Origin: Amoebidium appalachense
Lineage: Eukaryota > Protista > Ichthyosporea
DNA length: 64,000 nucleotides
Direction of reading: 5' to 3'
Assembly (NCBI GenBank): GCA_963693365.1
Contig: CAVNZM010000017.1
Span: 3,577,375 to 3,641,374 of the forward strand
The position numbers and the translations under genes are program-made. Below are positions 1 to 13,368 of this stretch, one piece after another (within the stretch, counting starts at the first letter, position 1; every line of letters begins with the position of its first letter). The notes beneath the pieces are model-generated. The model was not told where the DNA came from. It saw only the letters and a program-made list of their open reading frames with translations, and did no database searches.

Positions 1-16
1 ACATAAGGATACGACA
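1..16 (+). repeat. Probable 3' tip of another Gypsy-2 LTR copy at the window edge
   Basis: ACATAAGGATACGACA matches the LTR terminus ACATTAGGATACGACA (reverse complement of 17846-17861) at 15/16 and ends in the same CA. Confidence 0.45.
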
Positions 17-2042
17 CCGATGTACAAGAACTTCAAAGTCGTCGCGGCCTATAGTAAAAACCCAACTTCTCATTAAATTAAGTCTAAGCTATTTAAAAGC
101 TTTGAACAAACAAACGGTACCGTCACGGAAAAAGCTTCAATAAAGAGTGATTTTGGCACCTGGGTTGGGGGGTTTCTGATTAGTGGTTTCCGAAATATTA
201 GCGAAAAACAGAAGTGGATAGGGGTCGTTTATACAGTATTAGCACGCACACCATGAACTTACTTGTACATTACCCAACCTTAAAAGACGTCTCCGACCTT
301 TAAGCCAAATTCCGGAATTTGACCAGCTGGGGCCCGTATTTCAGTGCCCGAAAAAACCATCTTTAACACACATACATAAATCAAGGCTCAAAAATATTTG
401 CTGTATACATGTACTGATGATAAAAAACCTAATCAAGTAAAATGTATGGGTTTTATTATTAAAAATTCCAAACAACTGTCCCAGAAGGCACCCGCGACGT
501 ACGTGCGTGACTCGGAAGCGTACGTGTCGGGGCGCTAAATTGCGGAACAGAATATGCGATTATCCGACGGTTTCGTGAGCAAACCACAAAAAAATGGGTG
601 CAGCAGTCACTATTTCGGTATAAATGTTCATAAAGTTTACAACCAACAATGGAACGCTCGTTTAATGAGCAAATTCGACAAGAACTTTAAAACCGATTCC
701 GGTGATGATTGGCCATTAGCGTCCCCATTTTTTACCGAAAAGCGTTTACCAATCGTTAGAGGTGCCAGTGCACAGGGGATACATCACCGGCTGGCTCTTA
801 AAGGGCTAATTAAATCGAATCAAAACACAGGAAAACAAAATATGGAATGCATTTTTGTGCACCCCCTTGACCCCGGGTTGTGGACCCCCTTGGCCCCGTT
901 TATTTTTTTCTTTTGACTTCAAAGTAAACACCATATAGACCTGACCGCGGCGGCTGGCGGCTCAGATCGACCGAATAAAATGAATCATAGCGATCATAGG
1001 AAAGACATATGAAATTGACCCTTTTTTTTAGATTATTAGCTTTTATTGCCGCCAGAACCCATTATATGCTTAGTACGAAATACGCAGCAGGTAAAAACGC
1101 TTATTTTGATACCTTCATATACTGAGCGCAAGGCGAAGCCGCAAACTTTCGTATACTTGAACGGTGATGCACAGCCCCTGTATAGTAGCGAAAATTTGAA
1201 AGTTTGAGTTTCATATCAGTATTGACCAATCAAATAGCTTAGCTCAAATTCATAGTGTCCCCCCAATGCGTCGACCGCCGCTGATCAAACTGGCCCGAGA
1301 GGAGGCCGCTGGCGGCAGCCTGGCGTACTACAAAACCAAGTCTTACTTAGACAAAAATAATGGTTTTTCTTCGCGCTAAGGACCAATTAGTATAAAAAAA
1401 AACGTCGTTTCCTTGTCGACGTTTAGAGCTCAGCCTTGTTAGGCTTATACTAGGTTATAAGGGCTGATATTTATGGATGAAAGTGGATCCGGGCCCATTT
1501 GCTATATCAAGAACGCTACATTTAATTCCGCGATGTGGCTCACATTCAGGTCTATACATGTACACGACCTGGTGGTTGCCAGTGCGACACTGCCTTCCAG
1601 TAGCTTCTACTGGCTATCATGGAGGGGCGTTGCTAGGCTCGCTCCCGGACCTCGCGCTCGCCTGGGGTCGCCCCCCGCGGGCTCCCCGGGAAAGTTCTCG
1701 CATTATCTGGACACATTCCAAGACCTAAAATGGAAAAACTTGTCCTCCAATCATGTCCTGACTCAATCTTACACGTGCACCTCAAACAATAACACGGTCG
1801 CCATTTGAATCTCCCGCCAACCGCGATGCAAACCTGGCTGGTAAGGCAGGCGCACCGCCAGATCTATTCGAATCTATTCGCCAATCATAGGCCACGAGAT
1901 CTATTCGAATTTATTCGCCAATCATAAGCTTGCATTAAAAGTTAAATCCCACAGGGCACCGAATCGCGGAACGGATTCAAAAGCAATCCGGTTCCAAGAA
2001 TCGGACTGATCTGGCCCAATCAATAGGTTCGAAACAAGCGAA

Positions 2043-2395
2043 TGTAACAACGTAATGAACGGGATGGCCCCGACACCTGGGACACGAGTTTGGTTTGTGT
2101 TTGTGTGAAGGAAAAAACTGAAGCTCCTGGCTCCGGCCCCCCCTTTTATACTGCCGTCTTTATTGTGACGGGGGGGCTCTACGTTTCGGGGGGGTTCTTC
2201 ACATATAGGGTTGCTAGGGGTGGTCGTCGGTCTTCTACGTCACATGGCTAACCAGCGAGAGAAGGATAGTGTGCGTCCTCGCACATGAGGCTAAGGCATG
2301 GCTGTATAGTGTGGGTGCGTGCAGCAAGTTGACGTAAGGGTGTGGAGAGCGGGCGTTAGGTGTATATGCTAGGGGCTGGGTAAACCTCCAAACCA
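2043..2395 (-). repeat. Candidate 3' LTR of Gypsy-1 (inner boundary uncertain)
   Basis: Outer end TGTAAC on + (..TTACA on minus); minus-strand TATAAAAGGGGGG at ~2151-2139; lies downstream of the minus-strand integrase; purine-rich GGTCAGGGG precedes ~2395 on minus. No second LTR copy is present to confirm it. Confidence 0.4.
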
Positions 2396-2527
2396 TACCC
2401 CTGACCGCACGTAGGTGGGCTGCAGTGCCTCGGAGGATGTCCTCACGTGGGTACAAAGAAAAACAGCACAAGTGGATGCAAGCGAGCAGGACAATTCGCA
2501 AAAATAAAAAATAAAAAAATAAAAAAG

Positions 2528-2531
2528 GTGT

Positions 2532-2605
<74 letters not shown>

Positions 2606-2667
2606 TGTGCGTGCGTGCGTGGCAGTCTGTGTGTGTGTGTGTGGGGGGGGGGGGGATTTTTTTTTTT

Positions 2668-2723
<56 letters not shown>

Positions 2724-2752
2724 GCAGTCTGTGTGTGTGTGGGGGGGGGGGG

Positions 2753-2844
<92 letters not shown>
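2528..2844. repeat. (GT)n microsatellite with poly-G/poly-T interruptions
   Basis: Seen directly. Confidence 0.95.
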
Positions 2845-2846
<2 letters not shown>

Positions 2847-3311
2847 TGGTGTTGGTCACGAGGTGGTGGTGGGGGGGAGGGGGAGGGGGGGTTAGGGAGG
2901 CGGGGCGGGGAGGTTCTTGAAGTAGGAGATGTATGCCAGGGAGGCAGTGATGTGGGGTACTGTCCAGGACCACGAGATGAATCCGTTTGGCCACTGGCAG
3001 AGGACTTGGTGTCCCCCACCATCATACATACCTATGGGTCAGTATACGTGCAGGTAGGATGTGGGGTTGGAGTATAGGTTGGCTGTGCAGGGGTGGTGGG
3101 GTGGTTGTTGTGTCTGGGGGTGCGGGGGGAAGGGTACTAGTAGGTGTAGAAGGTACGGTGGGGATGGTAGATTGAAGGGGCTTCTTTGAGGGGGGGGGGG
3201 AAGACGGGGGTTTGGTGGCTGTCCGTTTGCTTGAGGGGGTTGGGGGGGATGCAACATCAGACAGGTGTAAAGTGTTGGGTGGCGGAGGGTGGTTGGTGAG
3301 AGTGGGTGTTG

Positions 3312-6300
3312 TTAAAGGTGTCTGGGATGGGAGGGTGGGGGTAGTGGTGGTGGTTGTTGGGGGGGTAGTGGTGGTGGTTGCTGGGGGGGTTGGTGCAGGT
3401 GGGGGAGCGGGGGGGCTTGGGGAGTTGGTGAGAGGGGACGTGGGTGGGGTATGGGGGGAAGGCTGTCAGGCAGGTCTAAGGGGTCTAGGGGTTGTGCAAA
3501 AGCAGCCTGGTCTTCGGCAGAAGCACTGGGGGGAAGGGGGTTTAAGGGGGGTGCAGTGCGTAGGGTGATGGGGTCTAGGATGGTGTAAGGGGCAATGCGG
3601 TTGTAGTGGACAGCATGCTTGAGTAGACGACCATTAGTGTTTACCAGGATGTAGGTATGGGCCGAATTCTGCTTGCAGTCGCGGTAGGGTCCAACCCACT
3701 GTGGGGTTAGTTTCTTTGCACGTCCTGTGGTGGTGTTAGGGGCATAGACCCTGACCAACCGGCCTGGCGGCCATACACGGACATTCTGGGTTTTGTAGTT
3801 AGCAGCCGAGCGCATGCGTGCGAGAGCAATGGCTGTGCGGGCGAGGTCACGAGCCTCACGTAAGCACAGGATGAGTGAGCGTGCGTAGTCTGAGGGGGTG
3901 TATGATCATGGGTTGGGGGGTCGAGGTGCATGTCTGGGGGAGGCGGGGTTCATAGCCTTTGTTGAGGAAGAACGGGGAATCCAGGCCGCTATCATAAAGG
4001 GCTACACGGAGAACGAAGCATGTGAGGGGGAGGTGTAGATCCCAATCCTGATGGTGTGTGGAGGTGTAGTTGCGGAGGATGTGTACGATGTCTTTGTTTG
4101 CACGCTCTACGAGGCCAGCTGACTGGTGGGTGTGGGGGGAGGAGACGAGGTGTTTGATGCCTAACAGGTAACACAGCTCAAAGAGAACAGCACTCATGAG
4201 GGTGGACTCGGCATCGGGCGCAGTGTGGGTGGCAAAGCCGTGATGGGCAAACACACGATTAACGATTGCATCAGCTATGGTGCGCGTGGTTTTATCCCTA
4301 AGCGGGAACGCCTCTACCCAGTGCGTGAAATTGCAAATGACCACCAGAATATGTCTATGACCATTGAAGGTAACGGGGAGGTCAACATTGAGGTCGAGCG
4401 TGATGTCTTGCCACGGTTGGGAAGGGATGGAAGGGGTGGGAGGTGCACGTGGGAGGGTAGGGGGGGCTTTGAACTTTTGGCATTGAGTGCATGCAGACAC
4501 CCAGTGATACACATCGGAGTACATGTTGGGCCACCAATACCTTTCACGGATGAGCTGATAGGTCTTGGCGGTGCCGAGGTGGCCCGCAAACACGCTGTTG
4601 TGGCAAGCACCCAGCACTTGCTGCTTCACGCCGGAAGGAATGCAGATAGTGTATGTGTCCCTTGTACGGATGCCTTGGCGTGTGGGAACCTGTTATAAAT
4701 GTGGTAAAGGGTGCCATTGTGCATGCGGAAGGAATCCTTCTCTAAAAGGATGCGGCGGGCGAGAGTATCGTTGTTAGGGAGGGTGTTGGTTTCCAGAAAG
4801 GTGATGATGGGAGAGAGGTCTGGATCGAGGCGTTGTTGTTGTGTTATTTCAGTGGGGTTGAGGGGGATGATTTGAGGGAGGAAGCTGTAGTAGGGACGGA
4901 GGTAGTCGGTGTTGGAGGGGAGGGGTGTGTGGCCCGGGAGGTTGGGTGTGAAGGGGGTTGTAGGGAGGGTCATAACAGGGGCTGATGGGAGGAGGGTTGT
5001 GGGAGCGGGGGAGGGGGGGGGAGCAGGGGCTGACATGGGGGGAGAAAGGGTGAGATAAGACAGTGTAAAGTTACTTTAGACCTGGGAGGCGACACAGTAT
5101 GAGGGTGGGTGGAGGTATGAGCATATGTGGTCGTCTGAGGGGGAATGTTATAGCTTATTGTGGGTGAGTAGGCTGGGCCCCCCACATTCCTGGATGGGAA
5201 TGATGGGGGTCGGGGGGAGCTGTGGCATGGGGAGAGGGAAGGCGGTAGCTACTAAGGGGGTGCCCGCAGCTGGAGGGGTAACTAGGCGGGGATCAGAGGT
5301 ATATGGGATGGGGTGATATCAGGAAAGCATATCGGCAAGTGTGTGCTGGAGGCCAGGGCGGTGTTGGATATCGAAATCATATTCCTGTAGGATTAGGGCC
5401 CACCGCTCTAGTCGACCGTTTGGTTTGTTTTTGGTGAGGATGGCTTTGAGGGCTGAATGATCGGTGACTAGGGTGAACCGGCGACCCCAGAGGTAGGGGC
5501 GGTGGTGTTGTACAGCCCATACCATGGCTAGCCCTTCTAGATCGGTGATGCAATAGCGTTTTTGTTCTTTGTTAAGAGCGCGACTAGCGTACGAGATGAT
5601 GACTTCCTGCCCATCTTGTATTTGTTTGAGTACAGCCCCTAGTCCATCTACGCTTGCGTCCGTTTTGAGGATAAAAGGCTGAGAGAAGTCGGGGTGGGCG
5701 AGGATAGGCTGTGAAACTAGTCGATCGCGGAGATATTCGAATGCTGTCTGGCGGCGGGGGTCCAATCGTAACGTGAGCCAACGAGGGTGAGGTCGCGCAA
5801 AGGCTTAGCAATAACCGTAAAATTGCGAACGAATTTGCGATAATATCCCACGATGCCTAAAAATGATTGGACCTCTTTGACTGTGTGTGGGGCCGGCCAG
5901 TTCTTGATGGCCTCTACTTTTGAGGTGTCGGGTTGAATACCTGCTTCGGAGACTTTGTGGCCTAAAAACTTAATCTCCAGCTGGGAAAAATGAGATTTTT
6001 CGAGATTGAGAACACAGCCGTGTTGATTGAAGCGCGCAAACTCTTTATCTAGGTGGATGAGGTGGTCGTCCCAAGTCCGCGAAAAGATGAGGCAATCATC
6101 TAGGTAGCAAAGCACAAAATCCCAAGTGAAGCCCTGCATTACGAGAGACATAGCGCGTTGGAAGGTAGCGGGACCGTTTGTGACACCCATGGGCATGCAG
6201 AGCCATTCGTATAACCCAGACCAAGTGTTGAATGCTGTTTTTTGAATATCTTCTTCGGCCATAGGGATTTGGAAAAATCCGAAAGAGAGGTCGACCGCGG

Positions 6301-6905
6301 AGAAATATTTCGCCTTGTAGAGAGCATTAAAACAGTCGTCAATGTGGGGTAGAGGGTAGACGTGACGTCACGCTCAGTGATTTGGTTGAGTTTTCTGTAG
6401 TCACATGTTATGCGCACGCTACCGTTGGGTTTTTTGACTAACACCACACGCGAGGAGGCCCACGGGCCTATTCCGGGTCTAATTGCGCAAATGTCTAACA
6501 GCTTTTTTACCTCGGTTTCTGTAAGATCGCGTTCAGTGGGGCCTTGCCTGCCAGGATAGTGAAAGATTGGCTGGGCATTACCGGTGTTAATGCGGTGTAC
6601 TATACCTAGGTTATGCATGCTGCCGGCAATTAGCTCTGTGCGTGGACGGTGTTTAAAGAGGAGGTCTATTAGGGACTGTTTTTGTAGTGGGGTGAGGTGG
6701 GCATACTGCGAGGTCGACTTGATATCTGCTATTTTCTTGTTAAGGATATCTTCTGGCCAACCGTTCGCACATTCTAGCATGTCATCATCTTGGGAGTGGA
6801 CATGGAGGGGGGAGGGAGACGAAGGGGGTGGGAGGGGTTGTTGGTCTGATGATGGGGGTTGGGGGTTCGAGTTGGTTAGTGGGTTAGGCATTTTCGATTC
6901 CCAGT
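3312..6905 (-). pseudogene. Gypsy-1 pol (RT, RNase H, integrase with GPY motif), frameshifted
   Basis: RT: GPWASS/VVLVKKPNGSVRITCDYRKLN, KTAFNT, MPMGVTNGPATFQ, CYLDD, FLGH; RNase H: LKTDAS..GLGAVL, TDHSALK; integrase: H..GH..C..C zinc finger, DITLD, GLVERAN, WVGPY; several frameshifts. Confidence 0.93.
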
Positions 6906-7113
6906 TAGTAGATCCGGTGCCTGTGGATCAATCTCACAAGCAGGCACAGGTGTGCTCCACAGGAGCAATGAAAAGAATGACAAATGTCATACAGAAACAT
7001 GCTCAAAAAACGTAGCCTAGTGCCTAAATAGGCAAAGGGTGTGGTGGGTGGGCAAAAACTTAGCTAAAAAATTGGGCCTAAAGAGACCTAAACGCGCTCA
7101 GTAACGCCGCAAC

Positions 7114-7147
7114 TGACCTTCCTGGGGCCGCGCAAGCTCATTATATA
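7114..7147 (-). promoter_or_regulatory. TATA box plus initiator inside repeat A of the YR element
   Basis: Minus-strand TATATAA at 7147-7141 and TCAGTT with A at 7114, i.e. TATA at -33, canonical Pol II spacing. Confidence 0.65.
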
Positions 7148-7644
7148 GCGCGGCCCACTTGCCAATGGAAATATGAAGAAATGACTTAAAACCTATCAAA
7201 TCCATGAAATCTACCAAAATGGAATTTTTGCTGCACATCAACCAATGAAATTTTTTTACAAGTGGCTAAAACCCCTAGATCACAAAGACCAAATCAATTG
7301 CCGCCCATTTCGGACTAGATATAACTCAAACTCATCAATATATCCATATGGCATATCCCACAGAACATAAAAACAGCTTAAATAAAAATGCTAGCAGCCT
7401 GAAACTTTGCACACACATCAAACACACCAAGGCCTACACCATGCTACTACTACGAATTTTACAGCACACCCGCAACACACAAATTCACTCCAACGGGGCT
7501 ATCTAATTCTCCTGCAAAGAAAACACGTTTACAAACTAAATTTTCTTATGCCAACGTCGTCTTTACCAGCCCCAGCAAGGGGATACATGAGCCGGTGCCT
7601 GTGGATTAATCTCACAAGCAGGCACAGGTGTGCTCCACCACTCC

Positions 7645-8726
7645 CTACCTGGCACGGGAAGGAACGAACCATGCCGTGGGTGACTGACGCAGCGCTGCAG
7701 CCCGGGCAAGGAGCGACGCAGGCACGCAAATAGAAAGAACAAGACACTGGCCGGCCTGCACATACCGGCGGAGGGAGGCATGCGATCTCCATCGACCACG
7801 CAGAGCAATCGTCTCTACTGAAACACCCCTAACGTAGTCTCTCGAGGCACCACCATGGCGAAGACTGTGAAGATGGAACCCATACTCGTTGAGGCCGAGG
7901 GAGTCACATGCCGCTTGGAACTTGGCACGCAGAAAACATCAAAAGAGAAAGGAAACAGCTGCGCAGAAGGGGGGGCACCACGGAACCAGAAAGACAGGAT
8001 GGCCAACAGGGACGGATTGGTGATGGGGACAAACTGATTTGGACCGGTCTTGGTGTCGGCCAGGCGGATGCCGCCTGTACCGGGTGGCATGTCGTGGGGA
8101 ACGGGGTCGTCGGGCAAAATGAGATCCGCACGGGTGAGCATAAGCAGCTCACTGACACGAAAATAACACTCAAATCCAAGCAAAACAGCATTACCAAACA
8201 AGGGGCCAATTTTGGAATACAAATGATGGCCAATGACGAGGACCAATGAAAACGGAAGCGGGGGCGTGGTCTTTGCTGGAACAAGCCGGTTCCAGCCCTG
8301 AAGGCTCCGTTGGGCGGCCTGCAGTTGTGGACCCAGGCGTGGCATGAAATGCTTGATGCCGGCAGCTGTGTTGACACAGCGCTGACGCTGGCCACGCGAT
8401 GGATCAATGGCATAACGCTCCTCAAAATACTCCAGCAGGAGGTCGTCCAGTTCGGCGGGGGATTTGGTGTCGGTGCCAGGGGGCAACCAATCCAGGAACT
8501 CAACAACAGCATCCCGGTAGGCCTTGAGGGTTGGGGGCTTTATGGCCTGGTCAGCCAGAAAACCGCGAGGGACCATCTGCAGGATTGTGGGCTGACGGCA
8601 GCCACACACAATACAAACGAATGTCGAGGGCAAGCGTGTAGGCAGCCACCTGGCGGCATACACGGTTAAGGCGTCGGGATGCTGAACGACCCTTAGCAAC
8701 AGCCCCAAGCAGCGCCATTGAATCAA
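7645..8726 (-). pseudogene. Tyrosine recombinase of copy 1 (frameshift near 7935)
   Basis: CYFRVSE, DTKTG; the HSLRHG/GRW/Y tail is shifted out of frame relative to copy 2. Confidence 0.9.
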
Positions 8727-10605
8727 GGCCCCAAAGGTAGCGGGAGCCCCGGGCAGCCGTAGACCGACCTAATCGACGAAGCCGCAGGAGCAAGGCTTCT
8801 CCCTCCAGAATGTTGATGTGGTCGGAGTGGCGCCAACGATGACTGATGTTGGTGGTCCACCGGCCACCAACAGCTGCCAGGATAGGTGCCGGGGGGGCGG
8901 ACGGGCTTGGCTCGTGCACAGGACCAGACAGCTGGCTGTAGTGGCCACGCCGGTTGCAGTGAGGCAGCACTTCGTGGAGAAGCGTTGCTGGAAGCACCCG
9001 GGACACCACTGCACCACCCAACAAGGAAGCACCAGTGCAGAACATGGTGCTAGCAAACCCAGAACGCAAATCATAACGCATCAACGGGGCCAAAGCACAC
9101 ATCGCCTAAAGCTCCCACACGACGAGCGGGGGAAGGGGCTGATCCCGACCCCCCAGCTGCTCCACAAAACTGTAGACGGCACTCAGAACCGACCAAAGCG
9201 GCCGCTGCAGCAGTGCCGCCCACACCCAACCACCAAGCAACTGCTGCAAACGAAGCTGCATGACGACACCACGACGCAACACGGCCTGGGTTTCCGCCAC
9301 CAGACGGCACAAGAAAGCGCCAGATGGGAGCAATATCCCAGAGCGATGCATTTCCAGGCCTAGCAGCACCATAGAGGACGACGAACCAGCAGCCACATCC
9401 TTCTTGACATTGGAGGGAAGACCAGCCGAGCCGGTGACGCCATGATACAATTCACGCTGACGATTGATGGCGGTGGCATCTGTGCCGACCCAGCCACAGT
9501 CGTCCACATACAGGGCATGCTGCGTGGCCTCCACAGGCCGCGGCACTATCGCACAGAGGCGCTCAATGCGGGGCATGCCGGCACGGTCAGCCAACTGCCC
9601 ATGGACGTCTTGAGCCACAAGCACAGAATGCACCCAGCCCATGGGCACGGTGTTGAGGGCCGGGTACACAAGCCGGTCGGGCCCAGAAATGCCAACAGCC
9701 TCCAAAGACACAGGCGGCAATCCGAAGTACCGCCGCAGCCATTCCGGGGCAAGAAGACGATGGAACTGGTTGTCCATGTCTGACTTGCCAATATAGAGGC
9801 AATCCTCAGGCCCCAGCAACAGATCGGCAAAATCGGTAGGGTTGGGCAGGTGCACCTTGAGGGCAGGATGATCACGGGCAAAGAACAGGTTGCCACGGCG
9901 GCCGTCAAAAATGACGCGGGCTCTGGTGTCTTTGGGGACCCCAAACAGCCCATTGATGGCCAGTGGTTTTTCCTTCGCCTCGAAATAGTGCACCATGCCG
10001 CAGTCTTGAAGCCGAAGAAGCAGGGGACCGTATTCCCCACTGGGAACGTGATGCGCCGGTCGGATGCGGCGCAGCTCTGCAGGCGTCGGCGGAACAGGCT
10101 TGAGAAGGCCGCCGTCGCAGTTGGCCAAAAGCGGCTGCAGCATAGGAGACAAAACCTGCAACACGTCCACTGTGGCTCTAACCCCAGGGGGTGGCAAAGC
10201 GGCATTTGCCGCCGTGAGAGGTAGCCATCCTGTCAATACAGGATAGGCCGCGGGGAACGCAGCCAAGACACTACTCGCAGGCTGAGCGTCGTTGACACCC
10301 GCGCGTATAGCATCGTAGCTGGCCCTAAGGACAAAGGTCCACAGGGCATGGTGGTGACTGTTCACCAACCGAGTCGGGAATGGGCAAGGGCCGCCTGCCC
10401 ACAGCTCGTTGAGGGCACCAAGACAACGGTTAGCCAAGGTAACCCCCTTCAGGCGGTGAGACAGACGTTGCCGACGGCGTTGACTCCGTAGACGGGCTTG
10501 TCCAGAACGGACCGGCACAGGAATGGCCGGAACAGGAAACAAATCAGAGGCGGCAAAGACATGACGTGGCATAGCTGTGGAATCCTTAGAAAAATTGGGG
10601 GGCAT
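8551..10605 (-). pseudogene. RT + RNase H of copy 1 (premature stop at ~9106)
   Basis: FGVPK, VPMGW, LYVDD, HINILE, NPADGPSR; near-identical to 24350-26404. Confidence 0.92.
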
Positions 10606-11766
10606 ATTTAATCAAGGGCACGTGGCAGGAAACCACAAGAAAATATATATTATACAGAACCGCGTGCCGAACCCCCAAAGGGCCGTTTAGGCCCTGTGCT
10701 CACCGGTCCCCGGAGGGGTCGATGGACCGGCTCCGGATGGGCCACTGTTGGGACCGCGCCGAGCCCGGGTGACTTCGGCGAGGGTCTTGGCTTGACGAAC
10801 AGCCCGGGTGGCCAAGGCAGGGGGCAGGGGCAGGCTGCGCGCAGGGAGCTCCTCAAACTGCTCTGCTGTTAACAGCCCAGTCCCCGTTGGACTGATCAGC
10901 AGTCTGCACAGCCAGCAGACGGCGCACACCAACTTCCACAGCAGGTGACTCCTTGCGGGCCGGGCCTTAGGGTCGGCGGCCAGCAGCAGATCCAACATAC
11001 GGGCAAGCGTCAGAGCCTTCCGTTTGTTGCGGAAGCTGACCCAATCCGCCGCGTGGACAGCCGCAGTGACCGAGGCCTGGTCAGCCAAGGTGCTCTTGAG
11101 GTAGGAAGGAGCTAGACGTTCTTTGACGCGCAGGTTGACTTTGGCGCCGCGGCTGGAGAACAGATAACGGCTGGGGTTGGGTTTGGAACGGCCAGAGGAA
11201 CGACGGCTGCGAGAGGAACGACCCGTAGCCACTGCTGCTGAAATCAGAATCCTCACTCGACGATGGGGTGTCTTCACTGCATGTGTCGTACGCATACACA
11301 GGCTCCTTGCCCTTTGCCCGTGCAGACAGCGTGCTCAGCAGGCCGCCGGCAGAGGTATTCTTGGGGCGACAGACTGGGCAACAGAGAGGGCTTGCACTTG
11401 GGCAGAAAACGCCTGCAGCTGCTCTTGGATGTCTACACCGTCAGAACGCCGCTGGGGAGAGGGCGACCCAGGTGGGGGGGAGGCACGGCCGCTGCGAGGA
11501 GTGCGACAGAGCAAGTGCAGCTGGTCGGTGACTTTCCAACCGACCATCTCAGGGTCATCAAAAGCCACCGAGCGCGCCTTGAGGGCTGAAACCACACTGT
11601 TGACGGTTTCTGCCGGCAGGCTGTTCCAGGGGAGGGCGTTGGACTGCAAAACGGCCAGACTTTTGAGACTTGCGTCGTCCGCATCGGTAGAGATCTCCAA
11701 AAGCTTTTCAAGGAGAGCGGCTCCCTTGGCTCCCAGAGCAGGAGGAGGGGCCATTGCAATGCTCAC
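10595..11766 (-). pseudogene. gag-like ORF1 of copy 1 (frameshifted)
   Basis: Fragments collinear with the 383-aa ORF at 26394-27545. Confidence 0.75.
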
Positions 11767-12073
11767 AAACCAGACTAGAGCACAAAAACTTGAAAACGAA
11801 GACTGGAAAATGCAAAAACGCGGGAAAACCTACACCGCAAAAAACGTCCGAAAACCAGCTAAAACGCAACGGCGCGCACGCAAAATTCTTACCAGATGCT
11901 GCCGAAGCTAAGCGCGCGCTCCTGGGCAAACAAAACTAGAAAAAAAACGAACAACAGCGCGAAAAACGGGGACTAGAGTTGCAAAAACTTAGCTAAAAAA
12001 TTGGGCCTAAAGAGACCTAAACGCTCTCAGTAGCGCCATTCTCCTGCAAAGAAAACACGTTTACAAACTAAAT

Positions 12074-13047
12074 ATTGTCTTAGGTTTGGTTGTCCTCGTG
12101 TTTTGTTAACGGATAGGAGTCGTGTGTTTTTAAATCAGTTGGTGTTGGAGGTTTGTAAAATTTTAAGGGTAGCTCATATCACTACGTCTGCATATCACCC
12201 TCAAGCAAAATGCCATCTCTGAACGTGTGCATGCAGTTTCAGAAGTCCTTTGGCAAAATGGTTGATGTGGAGGCTAATGATTGGGATCTTATGTCTAGGT
12301 TTATTGCTCATTCGTATAATTCTACCCCTCATGCTGTGACGGGGTTTTCTCCGTTTTATTTGGTCTATGGGCAGGAGGCTATTAGTTTGTTAGATACGGC
12401 ACTTTTGCCGATGGGGGGGACTGACAGACTAACTTATCCCCACTGGACTGAGTTCCGGAAGCAGCTACTAACCCGGGCCCGGGCTGCACGTGATGCAGCT
12501 CTGGCCCGTACACAGCAGGCACAGGCACGTGCAGACGTACGTGTCCACACATCCGTTACGTGAATTTGCCGAGGGTACTTTAGTTTTAATTAGGGATCAT
12601 ACTAGGAAAAAGAGATATAAGCAGGAGCAGGAAGGTAAGGGTGAAGGTGACGGTCTTCGTAAGTATGGTAAGAAATGGTTGCCTCTTTTCATTGGTCCGT
12701 ATATAATAGTGGCTCGGTTAGGTCCGACGGAATATAAGGTGCAGAGGTTAGATAATGAGAGTGATGTTAGATATTATAATGTAGATGATATAAAGGAATA
12801 TTATGATAGGGCCCTTAGGGTAAAACGGCCGGAGGGCAGTCGAGTGTTAGATGCATTCACCCCCGACTACGACGGGTCGGTGGATGTATCGGAGGCTGCA
12901 GTAGATAAAATTATGGATAAAAAGGTTATCGAAGGTAAGGAAGGTAAGGTAAATTATTATATAATTCGTTTTGAGGGAGGTTATCAGGAAGATCAGTGGT
13001 TGCCTGAGTTTCATTTGGATTGCCCGTTTTCTATTCGTTCTTATTAG
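12074..13047 (+). pseudogene. Gypsy-2 integrase with C-terminal chromodomain, frameshifted
   Basis: ORFs 12210-12563 and 12490-13047 plus upstream core motifs. Confidence 0.88.
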
Positions 13048-13368
13048 GCTAGATTAGTTCAGAGGGAGTTGCCTAGTGCTCCCTCTAGGCCGAAGAGAGT
13101 TATTCCTCAGTTTAATCGTGGTGTGAAAAAGTCGGTGGGGGAGGGGGCCGGGGGGGGAGTGATGCAAATACACGTAGACACACGGGGGGAGGGGGAGGGG
13201 GGGGGGGAGACCGAGGAGGAGTGTGCACGTAGTCGTAGGAATTTAATTTATTATCATAGGTGTCTCCGTAGGTATCAAGCTTATGGTGTACTTTAATTTA
13301 TTATTTTCTTCGTAATTTCTTTAATTTAATTTTTTTTGGGAGACTGATTAGTCTGTCTTTTTAGGGGG

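Larger units (their letters stand above)
2043..6910 (-). mobile_element. Ty3/Gypsy LTR retrotransposon family 1, 5'-truncated and degenerate
   Basis: RT-RNaseH-integrase order on the minus strand; gag/protease absent; cut at ~6910 by the YR element. Confidence 0.92.
6914..12073 (-). mobile_element. Tyrosine-recombinase retrotransposon (DIRS order, Ngaro-like split direct repeats), copy 1, degenerate
   Basis: On +: partial B (6914-6960), spacer, A (7052-7541), B (7543-7638), YR, RT/RH, gag, A with an internal deletion (11981-12073). On minus this is A1-ORFs-B1-A2-B2. No TSD. Confidence 0.9.

Noticed and set aside
554-1808. Small ORFs at the window start
   Set aside because: No motifs and no splice structure; probably chance ORFs
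2920-3060. Chromodomain-like tail of Gypsy-1 (ARILTHRY../[14 protein letters not shown])
   Set aside because: Requires a frameshift and is too divergent to call without a profile search
7855-11939. + strand ORFs over both YR copies (also 23656-27761)
   Set aside because: Antisense shadows of GC-rich minus-strand ORFs; repeated only because the element is duplicated
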